The notes under the pieces are model-generated. The model searched no databases. It was not told the DNA's origin and worked only from the letters and a program-made list of their open reading frames with translations. A program made the translations under genes and the position numbers. A stretch of 64,000 bases of DNA, taken from the NCBI RefSeq assembly GCF_001447785.1, contig NW_015176494.1, forward strand, positions 376,794 to 440,793, given 5' to 3'. Of the stretch, positions 39,881 through 55,632 are shown in pieces; within the stretch, counting starts at the first letter, position 1, and each line of letters opens with the position of its first letter. Origin of the DNA: Gekko japonicus (lineage: Eukaryota).

Positions 39881-41289
39881 TGCACACACTGTCAGTCATC
39901 AGAGGTCGCCATGACTTCTAGGTGCACACACACTCACATGCACACACGTGCACATATGAAAAATACACACACACAAAAAGAAAAGAGATGCAGACTGCTG
40001 GCCTGATTTCTGCTGCACTTCAGTGCCACTACTGCGAATGGCCAATGATGGTATTGGTATCAGCCTATGGACCAACAAGGTTCTGCCCCAGCCTGTAGCC
40101 ACAGGGGGCATTTGGGGGCAATGCCCCCCAGGGACTAGCGCTGCCCCCCAGACAAAAATTCCCCCCAAACCCTGGGAAAATTTGAAAAACATTTATTAAA
40201 AATGGTTTTTTTAAAAAATGTAAGATACTGGTGGGTGTTCCAAAATGACTCTATACACAGTGAGAGAAGCTTCAGTCTCCTTTTCTTTTTTCCATGCCAA
40301 AAAAACAGGTTTCTAAAAATTCAATAAAATAAAGTAAAATAAAATTGCAAAATAGAGTCGAAGATTCCTCCCCCCCCCCCCAGCTTACACAGAAAAGCAG
40401 CCCGGAAACGAGTCTCTCCAACCAAACTAGAGGAGGACTAGAGGTCACAGTGGAGCCGGAGCTGCTTCTGCTGCTGCTGCTGCAAGAGGAGCAGCAGGTA
40501 CAGCCAGGGTGCCCCTCCTGATTTCCCCATACCCCACCAACCAAATTTTTCTGGATATGCCCTGTCCTCAAAAGCTTCTGACTGTGATTTGGCTCCTCAG
40601 TCTGAATGACTTCTTGTCCAGGGCAGAGATAAATTGCTCACGTAACTACCGGAAGCTACACAATTGCTTCCTGTCTGCTTTCTTCTTGGCTCAGCTACCT
40701 GCCTGGCTGGTAGGGTGCAGTAAAAAGAAGCTCTCAAGACTAAAGCTTTAGATTCATAGCAAAAGAGAGGCTTTGAAATTCAGGGATGGGCAGGCAAAGC
40801 CAGGAGGGACAACAAGAAGACTCCAGACCAAAGTTTGATGTGAACTTGAAGGGACTAAACTTTACCACCCCTGTCTTTCTTCTACTACTTTCTGTAACAG
40901 AAGAACTTCATACTACTTCATATCTACATAGTGTTTTAGGGGGTTCAACAAACTTCCCACGGATCATCTTGTTGTAAACCTTATGAAGACCCTGCAAACT
41001 GGATCTTCCCCATATTATTTCCCCCACATTTCAGGTGGGCAGGATGACTTACAAAGCATGCAGGTTGCCTAAGGCCACCTAATGAATTCCGGGCAGATGC
41101 AAGATTTGAATCAGAGACGTTGTCTTTCTCTTAGCCATTCTGCTACATTAGGTACACTCGTTTTTCCTCAGGTAAGGTTGCTTTCTCCATTCTGGCCCAT
41201 CTCTACAAGCAAGCACTGATAAAACTTATCTGCCCAGCAAGGGCTGTCTTACTACCTGTTCAGGACTGAATTGAGACCTGGGTTTCCTA

Positions 41290-41568
41290 GTTTGGTGTAG
41301 TGGTTAAGTGTGCAGACTCTAATCTGGGAGTACCAGGTTTGATTCCCCACTCCTCCACTTGCACCTGGCTGGATGACCTTGGGCAAGCCGTAGTTCTGAT
41401 AAGAGCTGTTCTCAAAAAAGAGCAGTTTCTGTCAAGAGCTCTCTCGGCCCATCTACCTCACAGGGTGTCTGTTGTGGGGAGGGGAAGGGAAAGGAGTTTG
41501 TAAGCCGCTCTGAGACACCTTTGGGTAGTGAAGGGCGGGGTATACATCCAAACTCTTCTTCTTCTTCT
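41290..41568 (+). mobile_element. tRNA-derived SINE with (CTT)n tail (Squam3-like); copies at 1959-2085(+), 27221-27505(-), 37073-37340(+), 52290-52565(-), older 51241-51480(+)
   Basis: A/B-box head gtttggtgtagtggttaag...ggtttgattcccca, conserved body, ttcttcttc tail. Confidence 0.75.
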
Positions 41569-42005
41569 TGCCAATGCTGATTTCTCCACGCCTACTACCT
41601 CTCTGCATATCTCACCTAAAGCCAATCACGCCTGCTGTTGTCATTTGCCTGCTATTGTCATTCGGCATCTGAAATCATTCCACTCTCCAAGACAGAAGGA
41701 CAGATGGACTCACATTCTAGCTGTATTTGAAGAAGTGAGCAGTGACTCATGAAAGTTCATCCCCTGCCACAGATGTTGTTAGTCTTGAAGGTGCTACTGG
41801 ACTCTTGCTCTTTTCTACTGCTACAGACAGACTTAACACGGTCGGCTACCCAATCTTGATCTGTCTGTTCAGGGTTAGCAAATATTCTTACTCATCGGAT
41901 CTTCCTGAGAATTATTTGGAGAGTCTGGTGTGCCATTGTTGGGGTTGCTTGCTCTTGCCATAAGGGACAGACCCCAAAGGGGGGGAAAGAATCAGGGACC
42001 ACTCA

Positions 42006-42460
<455 letters not shown>

Positions 42461-43537
42461 TTACAAAACCGCATTTGATACAGAAATCACCCAGTGAGTC
42501 AATGCAAAGCTTCTGTCTACAGAGCTCCTTATATACCCCAAGCTAGAAGCATCAATGTCAGATTCAGTGCCAAGATAGCCAAACCTGTGACTAGTTTAAA
42601 CAATGCACATTGAGAAAATGCACATAATTAACTCTCCGTTTTTATGTACTATATGGTGCAATTTTTACAACTTCACATAATTTATTCAGGTTTTGTTGTT
42701 CATGGAGAGGGGTAAAGAGCTACATAGGGCACTGAAGCTCTCCCCCCACCCCCCTGCTGGAAACGATCAACCTCCTGGAGGTTTCTGCAGATTTTGCTCA
42801 CACACTGAAGTATATTTGCATAGCCGTAAGGGCTAGAAACTTTTCTTTTTAAATGTTAAGGTGAGGTTTCCGGGAAGCAGCACCCAATACCTGATGTGTC
42901 CACAAAATTGCAGCATACATACAATCCTGATGTATGTGACCCAATTTATACCTGTTCCAGAACCGAGGGTAATACTTTACCTAGACAGTATCACTCCAAG
43001 CTTCAGGAAGGACTCTGTAGATTTCAAAATCACTCCATGAAAATGCTCCATGCATATAGAAAATTGGCATGCCAGAGAGAGGGCTAGGCTGATTTTTGTT
43101 CTCCCTGTCATGCTAGATTTCTACATGCAAGGGGAGGGTTGATTTTTGGCAGAGGGAACATTCATGCCTGCCCTCCTTCTCCTGCAGCCTGAAGTGGTGC
43201 AGCCCAGGAAAAGCATTACCATTTGAATCTGCTGATATTTTCAAAAACTCCCTGCCACCCTTAAAGGTTTTGGATTCCAGCCATCCTTGCTCTCATTCTG
43301 GACAGCAGCCATTCATTCAGCCACACTTTTCACTTTGCCACACCAGTTTCCCATTTGTATTTGAATGGCATGGACTAGGCCCTCTCAAGTCAACCAGAAT
43401 GTATCCCATCATACTGATTTAAGGAATTCCTGTCCCAACGTATGCTATAAATAATACACAACTGGTTATAGTACCTTCTTGGTCTTTGCCAGCTGCCGGT
43501 ACCCGCTTCCCCCTCCCTCTTTTCATCACAGCATTCA

Positions 43538-43765
<228 letters not shown>

Positions 43766-44640
43766 TTATGGCAGAACTTCTGCATAAAGACCGGGCACTC
43801 CGTGTGCAAGGGGGGGGCAGTGTGAGGAGATGGTCTCAGACCACCTATCTTGGGCAGCTGTCACACCTGAGAAAACTAGGGGTGTCTCGAGATGGCTTTT
43901 TGATCTGGGTGGCCGCACTGCATAGTTAGCTTATGGAACTCACTGCCACAGGATGTAGCAGTGGCGACAAGCTTCCAGAAGTCTTTAAAAAGAGTTTAGG
44001 GAAGTTAAATAAAGGCAGGACCAGCAGTGATTATTAGCCAATGATGGTTCCTTTGGGGCCTCTACCTTCAGAGGTTTGAATGCCAGTTTTCTGGGGACAT
44101 CTCTGGGGGAGGCTTTGGACTCTGTGTACCTACTATGGGCATTTGTAGGAAACTGGACTAGATGGACCACTGGTCTGACTCAGCAGGCCTCTTCGTAGGT
44201 TCTTATTGGAGGAGGATTCAAAGGAAGGCCAGCTCAGTAGTTTTTGGACAAGGACTGAATCAGGAGTCAGATACCACCACCTGGTCAGTAACTGGGAAAA
44301 CTGGAATGTTGGCAGAGGTTGAAACTGATAAATGAAGCAGACATTGACCGAATCTGCATATTCATATTGAAGTAGTTTTGCTTTGCTGTGACGCTGTCTT
44401 CCTTTGGATCGGTATGAAAGTGGCTTCCAGCCCACACACAAAAAAAGCGGGAGCCGTAAACTGAAGAAGACAGGAAAGGATAATAAGGCTACTGGAAGAA
44501 GCCAGAACGGAAGCCACAACAGCTACGTGATTTGCTTTCAAAACTGTTCTGGGGTCCTGAGCTGCTCTGCAGGTTGGCCTTTCCTGAGGACTAGTGGGCT
44601 GCAGGGTCTCCCCCATTTCCCCCTCAACAGGCCGCACTTA

Positions 44641-44856
<216 letters not shown>

Positions 44857-45139
44857 TCAGTGCTGCATACAAGTCCTTCCTATGACTTTGCCAAAAGTCA
44901 CTTGGGGTGTCCTGTTTGTATCATCTCTGACAAAATTTTATTGCAATTTTTTATAAAAATTAAAGATTTACCTTTTTAAAAGCTAACAAACCCAATTATC
45001 TCCCTAAGCCATTTTGTTGAATTTAGAGAGGGTTGCCCAACTGGCCCTAGAGGAAAATGTCCTGTCCCTTAATGAGTGGAAGTGGGCAGCAGACACTTTT
45101 CATGGCATAGAGATAAATAGCACCTTAATGGTAAATAAT

Positions 45140-46250
45140 ATAGAACCATAGAGTTCAAAGGGACCTCCAGGGCCATCTAGTCCAACCCCCCTGCGCAGTG
45201 CAGGAAATTCACAAATACCTCCCCCTCCACACCCACAGTGACCACTGTTCCATGCCCAGAAAATGACAAAAAAAACCCTCCAGGATCTCTGGCCAAAGTG
45301 GCCTGGAGAAAAATTGCTTCCTGACCCCAAAGTGGCAATCAGCATTTCCCTGGGCATGTAAGAAAGGGCCACGAGAACTAAGCACTGAGGCAACCCTTCC
45401 TGCCCTCCCTCTCAGGATCCGCCTGAGTTCACAGAATCAGCATGGCTGTCAGATGGCCATCTAGCCTCTGTTTGAAAACCTCCAAAGAAGGAGAAGCTCA
45501 CCACCTCTGGAGGAAACCTGTTCCACGGAGGAACTGCTCTGTCAGGAAGTTCTTCCTAATGTTTAGGCGAAAATTCTTCTGATTGAATTTCAACCCATTG
45601 GTTCTGATCTGACCTTCTGGGGCAACAGAAAACAACTCCATACCATCCGCTATATGACAGCCCTTCAAGCACTTGAAGATGGTTATCATATCACCTCTCA
45701 GTTGTTTCCTCTCCAGGCTAAGCATACCCAGCTCCTTCAACCTTTCTTCATATGACTTGGTCTCCAGAACCCTCACCATCTTCGTTGCCCTCTCCTGGAC
45801 ACGTCCCAGCTTGTCTATATCCTTCTTAAATTGTGGTGCCCAAAACTGAACACAATACTCTAGGTGAGGTCTAACCAGCGCAGAGTAAAACAATACCATC
45901 TCTTCACATGATCGGGACACTATACTTCTGTTGATACAGCCCAAAATCACATTTGCCTTTTTAGCAACCACATCACACTGCTGACTCATGTTCAGTGTAT
46001 GGTCTCCTAAGACCCCTAGATCCTTTTCACACATACTACTGCCAAGACAAGTCTCCCCCAACCTATAGTTCACATTTGATTTTTCCTACCTAAATGCAGA
46101 ACTTTACATTTTATGCCCATTGAAATTCATTTTGTTTTAGCCCAGTTTTCCAGCCTGTCAAGATCATCCTGTATCCTGACTCTGTCTTCTACTGCATTTG
46201 CTACCCCTCCCAATTTAGTATCATCTGCAAATTTAATAAGCATTCCCTCT
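45140..46250 (-). mobile_element. CR1 LINE 3' fragment
   Basis: EKDLGVL...LVRPHLEYCVQFWAP...RGDMITIFK; ttctat-type tail. Confidence 0.92.
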
Positions 46251-46974
46251 TATGCCATTAAGCCTCTCTTAANNNNNNNNNNNNNNNNNNNNNNNNNNNN
46301 NNNNNNNNNNNNNNNNNNNNNNNNNNNNNNNNNNNNNNNNNNNNNNNNNNNNNNNNNNNNNNNNNNNNNNNNNNNNNNNNNNNNNNNNNNNNNNNNNNNN
46401 NNNNNNNNNNNNNNNNNNNNNNNNNNNNNNNNNNNNTGTGTTTTGGGTGGCGGTTTCTCGGGGATATAAGCCGGCCTGCGAGCCGGCCAAAGTCGTCTTG
46501 TTCCGGATAGAATAAAGTACGCTTTGCTGAAATCACTCTCAATTTGCGTACTTTTCAGCACCCTTGTTCCCAAACCCACATTTGTCAAGGAAATGCAAAT
46601 GTGGGGACAGACCGGGTATCTGTAGGAGAGAGCGAATGGGCGGAAGGGATGGATGCCTAGCCATTCCAAAATCCACAAATCCTGCCCTGCAAATTCCTCC
46701 CCAAATCATGCCTCCCCACCTCCCTACTCTATTGGGCTTCTGGTTTAACAGCCTGGTTGAATGGGAAAAGGCAATTTAAAATGGCCAGAGCCAGGGGCAT
46801 GTTTGAAGGCGAGAACTGGCAGGTGAGGAAAGCATTATGCACCACTGATAACATGACTGTGCTCCCCCCTCCCCATAAAGAACAAACAAACAAACAAACA
46901 CATGATTGCTAATCCCATGTCTTCCTTCAAATGTGTAGTTCTGTCTTCAGAAGTGCAGTTTCGAGAGCACTCAC

Positions 46975-47037
46975 TCAAATATCTCCAGGGAATCTCTTGC
47001 TTCAGTGACATAATTGCTTGGAATGTAACCGTCTTCC
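46975..47037 (-). CDS. BTK: BTK exon 9
   Basis: 63 nt, EDGYIPSNYVTEARDSLEIF (SH3 end). Confidence 0.93.
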
Positions 47038-47460
47038 CTGCCAAGTGGAAGGAAAAGACCAATAAGCCACTCTCCAAGGAACAGATGGAGACCCAAGAAG
47101 AAAGACAAAGGTAAAACTGAGTTGACAAACGGTAGAACACATGGCACATCTACACAACATATCGATATTACAGCAGTTAAACTAGCATGGCTTCTCCCAA
47201 AGAATGCTGGGAACCATAGTCTGTTTAGAATGTAGATCATGATGGGTAGCCATGTCTGTCTGTAGCAGCAGAAAAGAGCAAGAGTCCAGTAGTACCTTAA
47301 AGACTAACAGAATCTGAAGATCTGAAGAAGTGAGCAGTGACTCACGAACACTCATACCCTGCCACAAACTTTGTTAGTCTTTAAGGTGCTACCAGACTCA
47401 TGCTCTTTTCTGTTTAGGATGCACAGCGTTCACAGTTAGAAGATCTAACTCCACCATAGT

Positions 47461-47670
47461 AAAAGGTAAAGGTTCCCTTGCTCGAAAGCCAGTCGAATCC
47501 GACTCTAGGGTTGCGGTGCTCATTTCCGTTTCAAAGCCAAAGAGCCAGCGCTGTCCGAAGACGTTTCCGTGGTCATGTGGCCGGCATGACTAAACACCAA
47601 GGTGCACGGAACACTGTTATCTTCCCACTGAAGTGGTACCTATTTATCTACTTGCAATTTCTTGCTTTCG
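47461..47670 (-). mobile_element. 5'-truncated Sauria SINE
   Basis: Flanked by aactccaccata TSD. Confidence 0.8.
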
Positions 47671-50600
47671 AACTCCACCATACCACACCTCAAACTACAA
47701 GTACCTTAGAAAAAGGATAGATCCAGGTGGTCAGCTGTGCTGGTCTGAAGCAGTAGAACAAATTTTGAGTCCAGTGGCACCTTTAAGACCAAAAGAATGA
47801 CTGCAGTCCGAACTAGGTGTTACATTATGCTCGTGACCACAGTGGGGGCTTGCAGTCAGACAGTAGCAGCAAGTTTCCCATCAAAACTCAGTTCTGAGGA
47901 GTGCGGAACCCTAAATCAGATCAGGACCACGAAGTGGAGGGAGGGGCTTCAGCCTCCCACCCCACCCCATTGTCACAATCTGAAAGAGCCGGAGGGAGCA
48001 TTGAAATGGATAGAATACACATGCATCCAAACAAGAAGGCTGTTTCAGGTCAGGAAATGCGGGGCGGGGTGGGTGGGTGCCACACTCTGCAAGTGTGATT
48101 CTTGGCCCTCTATGTAGGGGGTACATCATTTCTGCATTCTGTACATCTCCTAGCACATTGCTGGTGTAGAGGAAATAGAGCAGTGGCAAGAAATCTGAAG
48201 GAGCTCTTGAATGTGGTTCATCTAGTTCCAACTCCACAGGAAGAAGGAAAGGCAGCTATCAGAAAGTTAATTGACGGGATACCAAAGCCTTAAGCTGTTT
48301 CAGATCATGTCCCAAAGGTGGGGGGGGGGGGGTTTGCACATAAGGCAGGGGGATTATAGTGGTATCTGTAACTCTCATGCAAGTGTGTGCATGCATGCCC
48401 AAAGAATGTGCTTTTAAGCACAAAGGGAAGGGTGAGGAGAGACATGGTACTTCCTAGCACTGATTACTTCCATGCTGTCCACTAGGTCTGGAATGGCCCA
48501 GCTTCATTCACTCAGTTAGAACAGAGAATCCAGACAATGGTGTTGGCAACCTGTTGCATTATAGTGATTGCTATGTTGTTTCTTTGTCTTTTTGCAGACC
48601 AGATATGTAGCCAATTTTTAAATAATGCAGCTATCGCATAAGCGTCCACAGGTGGATTGACAAGGTTCTATGCAGTTTCCTTTCGTTTAACTGTTCCGTT
48701 AATCTTCTCCCCATTTTCTGCTTCTTTTTGGCTCGATTAATTATTCCCTGCTTAGTTGCTGAATGATCAGTTCTTATTTTCGGGGAAGGAACCAAAACAA
48801 CTTCCAGTGTGCAGTCAAAACTGCTATCATTTTGCAAAAAATAAAATAAAAATGTAATTTCATCATCTTCACCACCATAAAACAATGAGAGTGGTTTTGC
48901 CTACAAATGAAAAACAATACTCAATTCCCCCACCTCCAAATTTCTCAGTACTGATAATTGTTTGTAATGGCCTATGGCTAAATACAATAAAAACCTTCTC
49001 TCTCTCAGTACTGATAATTAACAATTGGTTTAGGATTGACCTGATCAGAGAACAAGCTGTAAAATCAAGGAACAAAAAGGAAATTGTAGAGAGGAGCATA
49101 ACCTTAGGTGAGCAAGACCTTTAGTTCAACTAGACATGATTTAGCAGACCAATAGTCCAGCCTAGCCTGATCTTGTAAAAGTTTGGAAGTTAAGCAGGGT
49201 TTGCCATGGTTAGTACTTGGATGGGAGACCACCAAGGAAGTTCAAGGTTGCTACGCAGAGGAAGGCAGTGGTAAACCACCTCTGCTTATCTCTTGCCTTG
49301 AAATCCCCATGGTCCTGGGGTCACCATGAGTTGGTTGGGACTTGACAACACACAATTATTATTATTAGACATTACTTCAATCAATCTTTGAGATTGGATC
49401 GTCCAGTCTTTTAGAGTGGATTTGGATCATCATCACATGGTAAACAGAGAGAGAGTTTGATCTTCTGCTCCCGCACGATTTCACTAATTAAAACCACCCT
49501 TGCTCTTTAAAAGTCATTTAAATGAGCAAAATCTTTTGCCTTTCTTTTGTCCTTTAAAAGGCACGGGGAGCCCCACTTCGTTTTGCAAAAACCATATGGA
49601 GTGCGGAAGGGTGACATCCCTCCTCCCCTTCCTGCAGGGCCCAATCCACATTGGCCCCAATGCAGCTGTAACTGTGCTTTAAAAGATGCTTGGGAAGCTT
49701 CTCACCATGGATCTCTCAGCAAATGGTCCATTTTGACCCTCACTCCTGAGTGGACAGTAGGACCTTGTGGTTGTGAAGACAGACACTGCTGGGTTTTTAC
49801 AAGGAATGTGTGTCATCACATCGCAGCTGACTTATGGAGATCATGGGGTTTTCAAGACAAGAGACTAACAAAGGTAACCTGCCTCTGTGGCGTGTCCCTG
49901 GACTTCCTTGGTGGTCTTCCTTGCTTAGCTTCCAAGATCTGGTAAGATTGGGCTAGTTTGGGCCTATAGCACTACATTAAACACTGCTTGGAACCACAGG
50001 CTCTTTTCAAATCACCATTCTAAACTGGATGTTATTTGTTGTTGGCCTGATTTCATGTAAAGCGATACATGGACAGGGATTTCATACAGTGAATTTCTTT
50101 CCGTTACTGAGCCATCTCTGAAGCGCTATGGTCATTTCAAACAGTGCTGCTTTTCCCCCACCCTTTTTCACTGTGCAGTCTTCCTGACCTTTTTTTTGGC
50201 CATTCTATAGCGCTAAATCAATATAGCACTTCAGTGCTATAGCGGCACCATTGAGATGACTTCATTGACCTCATGGAGTCATGCATCTCAATGGTGCTGC
50301 TATAACACTGAAGTTTAGCGCTGTAGCTCTCAACATAGAATGTTTTAAAAAATGTACGAGGAAGATTGCACGGTGAAAAAGGGTGGGGGAAAGCGGCATC
50401 GTAGGAAGTGCTGTGGGCATTTTAAACAGCAAACCACAGCGATTCAGAAGCACAACGAAGGGGCTGAAAATGGAAAAAAGCTGTTTCCCTCAAAAGCGAC
50501 TCAACCACGCTTTGCTAGCCCGACACAAGCGGGTTTGTATGAGCAGGTAAATAAACTCCGCTAGCGGCCGGTTATTAAAAGGGGTTTGTCTGAAATGACA

Positions 50601-50744
50601 GGGGGAAAACCCATTAGCAGCCAGTTACTTAAACGGGATACGAAGGCAGGTTGAAAAGGGCCATCATTTCAGTTTCCCTTGAAGCAGAATGTGGGAGAGG
50701 AATGGCTGAGAAGGACGCCAGGGATCCTCTGCACTGGGCTCTCA

Positions 50745-51014
<270 letters not shown>

Positions 51015-51037
51015 TTACCAGAGCCTGCAAGTCATAC

Positions 51038-51105
51038 CTGTTCCTCCTCTGGAGTGGGCGGTAGAGGCTTCTCTACTTTGTGGTGAGAATGGACATTTCT
51101 GAAAC
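51038..51105 (-). CDS. BTK: BTK exon 7
   Basis: 68 nt, FRNVHSHHKVEKPLPPTPEEEQ (proline-rich region). Confidence 0.9.
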
Positions 51106-52071
51106 CTTCAGGAACCGGAAAACAGAGCACATTGATCCTGGTGCATTCATAAGAGATGTTAAAAATGCTTTCAGCTTCTTTTGTGCACATTTGTGTGTTA
51201 CCGTCATGGTACACAACACACACCAGAGGAAATATAACAACCGAGAGCTGGCATGATGTAGCAGTTAAGAGTGTTGGACTAGGATCTGAGAGCCCCAGGT
51301 TCAAATCCCCACTCTGCTGTGGAAACTCACCAGGTGACCTTGGGCCTGTCACATACTCTCAGCCTAACCAACCTCATCGGGTTGTTGTGAAGATAAAATG
51401 GCGGCAAGGACAAGGATTTAGGCCATTTTGGTTCCCCATTGGGAAGAGAAACAGGGTATAAATGAAGCAAATAAATAACAATAACGATAATTCTTATTTA
51501 CTCTTAATACTCTCCATTAATTAAATACTCTCCATATAAAGCATTATGTGGCTGTTGGTTTTGGATGATTGCCAGCATTAGGGAGGAGGGACATGACCTC
51601 CGAAGGGCTTTGCGAACTGCCAATCAGCATTCTCCTGGTGGTCCCTGGCCTCAGAGATGTCTGTCTTACCTCAACTAGAGCCAGGACTTTTTCGGCCCTG
51701 GCTTCTACCTGGTGGACTGAGCTCCCCTATGAGATCAGGGCCCTGAGGGACCTTTTACAGTTCCACAGAGCCTGGAAGACGGAGCTCTTCCACCAGGCTT
51801 TTAGTTGAGGTGGCGGGTGTCCCCCCTCTATTGGGCCTCCCCTTCAGTGGGTCAGATCTTATTTATTTATTTATTTTTAATCTTTATATCCCGCCCTCCC
51901 CGGTGGGCTCAGGGCGGCTAACAAGGGCAGGCCATTAGCCATGCCATATATAAAACATATTAAAACATAATAAAACATCCAACATTAAAACCACAGTACT
52001 CAATCCATTACTAATGTCCTAAGTCCAAGATGGTAACTCCACAGTTCCAGATGGTACTCCCCTGATGTACA

Positions 52072-52162
52072 TGTGTTAGATCTGATAGATGTGTTAGATC
52101 TGATAGATAGATGTGTTAGGTCTGATAGAGCTGTTAGATCTGATAGATAGATCTGATAGATT
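52072..52162. repeat. Minisatellite (gtgttagatctgatagat)n
   Basis: About five imperfect units. Confidence 0.8.
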
Positions 52163-52615
52163 TGTGTTACTATCTGGGAGCCCCAATCTGAAATAGACCT
52201 CCTCTGTTGAGGCTTTGATTAGAAACATAGGAATATTATTGTATTTTATCTGATGTATTTAAATTGTTTTTAATTGTCTCTGTATTATAGAAGAGAAGAG
52301 AGATTGGATTTATACCCCGCCCTTCACTACCCAAAGGAGTCTCAGAGCGGTTTACAATTCCTTTCCCTTCCCCTCCCCACAGCAGACACCCTGTGAGGTA
52401 GGTGGGGCTGAGAGAGCTCTCTCGAGAACTGCCCTTGAAAGAACAGCTCTGAAAGAGCTTGTGACTGACCTGAGGTCACACCAGCAGGTGCACGTGGAGG
52501 AGTGGGGAATCAAACCCGGTTCTCCCAGATTAGAGTCCGTGCTCCTAACCACTCCACCAAACTGGAACCTGCCCTGAGCCTGCTATGCGGAGAGGGTGGG
52601 ATACACAGCGAATTA

Positions 52616-52891
<276 letters not shown>

Positions 52892-52951
52892 TCACAATAG
52901 GCATCTGATTGCCTGGACCCAGGTAGGGGGGGAGGGCATAATGTGTCTTTA

Positions 52952-53041
<90 letters not shown>

Positions 53042-53930
53042 CTAAGAGGCAGACAGACAAGGAAAAAGGTGCTTCTTCTCATGCACTGTAGATAGACTAT
53101 TGCCTGTGCAACGTCAGGCTGGTTTGTTCTTTTTGTTCTTCCTGTCCAAACAACTAGCCTCGTTCTTTGATCATGCTTGGATTTCCAAAATGTGAATACT
53201 GGAAATAGATGCAATTAATTTTTTTTTAACGTGTGTGTGTCAGAAAAGAGGGTAGTCATGACTTAGAAGGTCAGATAGCTTTAAAAAAACAGGCATGACT
53301 CTTTGGTGCAATGGCAGGTCATGTCTCTTGGAACCATATCAGATAAGGGCCATATTACACCTTATGAATTTTAGTGTGTCAGGTCTGGGGAACAGCGACT
53401 GCAGGAATTTTTAAAATCCTGACTGGGCTCAGTTTGGCTCAGGATGACACTGTGTGTGTGGGGAAAACAAGACCCCCCCCCTCTTCCCCCACACCGTCCT
53501 CCTGAGCCAAAATGGACCCAGAAACTTTTAAAATCCCTTTCCCTGCAATGTGTGACTCCAGGAAAACCTGGACCCAGCTTGCCAAAATCTATACTGTGCG
53601 GTTTGGCCCTATGATTTGGCCCTTAAGTGAATGACTGCTTCAGATCATGAATGATCTAGGCCCACATTTTGGGTCCAAACTAGAAGGAAATTCCAGACTA
53701 GGTTCTAGGTGTGCCTTGTTGAGCAGGACATGTATTTGGGAGCTGGAATGGGCCGTCTCAGGAGACACTTAATCAGTACCTTATAGCAGAATGTTTTAAT
53801 AGAACTGGCGTTACCATAGAGTAAAGTGAAATGGGAGCCATTTAGGGCCACAACCAAAGAATCACACCTTCTTCTTGCCCCAAAGGCCCAGATGTCAGTG
53901 ACAGGAGTGTTGACAGCGAGGACAGCTCAT

Positions 53931-53994
53931 CTGGAAAGGGTAGACGCTCTATGATGGAGATCTGTTCTGTCTCATTTAAATCCTCTCCTTTTTG
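53931..53994 (-). pseudogene. BTK: BTK exon 4 remnant (5-nt deletion, donor GT>AT)
   Basis: QKGEDLNETEQISIIER then c-tac-cct-ttc-cag (YPFQ out of frame), followed by atgag instead of gtgag. Confidence 0.9.
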
Positions 53995-54261
53995 CTGTGT
54001 GCGAAAGAGATGGAAGATTAGTGCACTGGACTCTGGTTCTCATCACATTGGTACTCACATCTAGAAGAATGTGGAGATTCTAACTTCCTTCCCCAGAGTG
54101 AACATGGCCAGAATCCCACTGGGGTGTGGGGCTAAACTCAAGAGAAGGCGATTCTTAAAAGCCTGTGGTTTCCATATAATCTCTGAGTGGGGTTAATTCT
54201 CTGTGTCTAGCCCCACATTATGTTATTTATAGATCCGCCTTTTGAAACAGATGTACACTGG

Positions 54262-54602
54262 CAGAGGTCATTTTGGGGGGGAACGCGGGGGAACGCAGTT
54301 CCCCCGGGTGAGGTGCAGGGGGCGGGGCACATGACGAAGCCCCACCCCCTGCTTCCGGCCGCCCCGCTTCCGGCCCTCATTCAGCCAGGAGGAGGCAGGA
54401 GAAGAGGGAGGGTAAGTTGCTTCCTCCCTGCCTCTCCCCACCCCTGCCTGTCTGGGGCCAGGGAGGGCCTTGGCAGGGCTTCCTCGCACTCCCGCTGGCC
54501 TTGCAGGTCCACCGCCAGGCCCCTGATGTCAGGGGGTGTGGCATATGCTAATGAGTTATGCTAATTAGCTCCCCTAGCTTTTTTTCTACGAAATGACCCC
54601 TG
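54262..54602. mobile_element. hAT-like MITE (related fragment ~60050-60180)
   Basis: cagaggtcattt / aaatgacccctg TIRs; acactgg flanking duplication. Confidence 0.7.
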
Positions 54603-55422
54603 ACACTGGGAGATCCAAGACCGCAGGGCCCCCATTGTGGATCAGGACTGTGTGGAGAGGGGGCTTAAATATCCTCCCCCAGTGCTATTTTCCCAATCTG
54701 GAACAGCCCCATTGGGGAAATTTGCCATACTGGGGAAGCTTCTGTGTACATGTCAGTTTCCCCAGTGGGCAAATAGTGGCAAGTGTGAGATATTGAGGGG
54801 AAATGGTGGCTAATAGGCAGGGGGGTTATGCACCTCCACACCTTCCCATCCACATGGTGAGAAAATCTGCTTTGGCTACAGAATGTTTGGAGAGATCAGA
54901 GTAAAGCAAGTTCAGGAAGCATCAGGGCAAACCAGGAGGATCCATGGAAACTGACAGAAGGAGGAGGACTGGAAGACAATATGCTGCAGATACTAAAAAA
55001 CAAACAAACCCTGCTTCAGTTGGAGAGCCAGGGCAAAGCAAAACATCCCTGCGGGAGCAGCTGTTCTGTGTCTCAAGACTGCTATTTTTGCCCTGACCTG
55101 GATTGCCCAGGCAAGCCTGATCTTGTCGGATCTCGGAAGCTAAGCAGGGTCAACTCTGGAAAGGACTTGGATGGGAGACCTCCTTGGAACACCAGCAGTC
55201 GGGAGGTGGGGGGCAGGCCTTATTCAGCCACCTCTCTGAATATCCTCCAGGCCCCCAGCAGGGGTCCCTCAGTCACCAGAGGTTGCCATGACTTCCAGGT
55301 ACACATGTGCGTGTGCACACACATACACAAAATACCCCCCCCCCCAAAAAAGACTGCTATTCCTTCCCAGATGTGATTGGGTAACTGCAGGCCAGAATGG
55401 CCTGAAGAACAGGATGAATCTA

Positions 55423-55632
<210 letters not shown>

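Noticed and set aside
41290-41360. tRNA-like A/B boxes
   Set aside because: Head of a dispersed SINE; no complete cloverleaf.
48590-49115. Possible L1/Tx1 5' fragment (also 11790-12270 and 46437-46620)
   Set aside because: No diagnostic motifs identifiable by eye; left unannotated.
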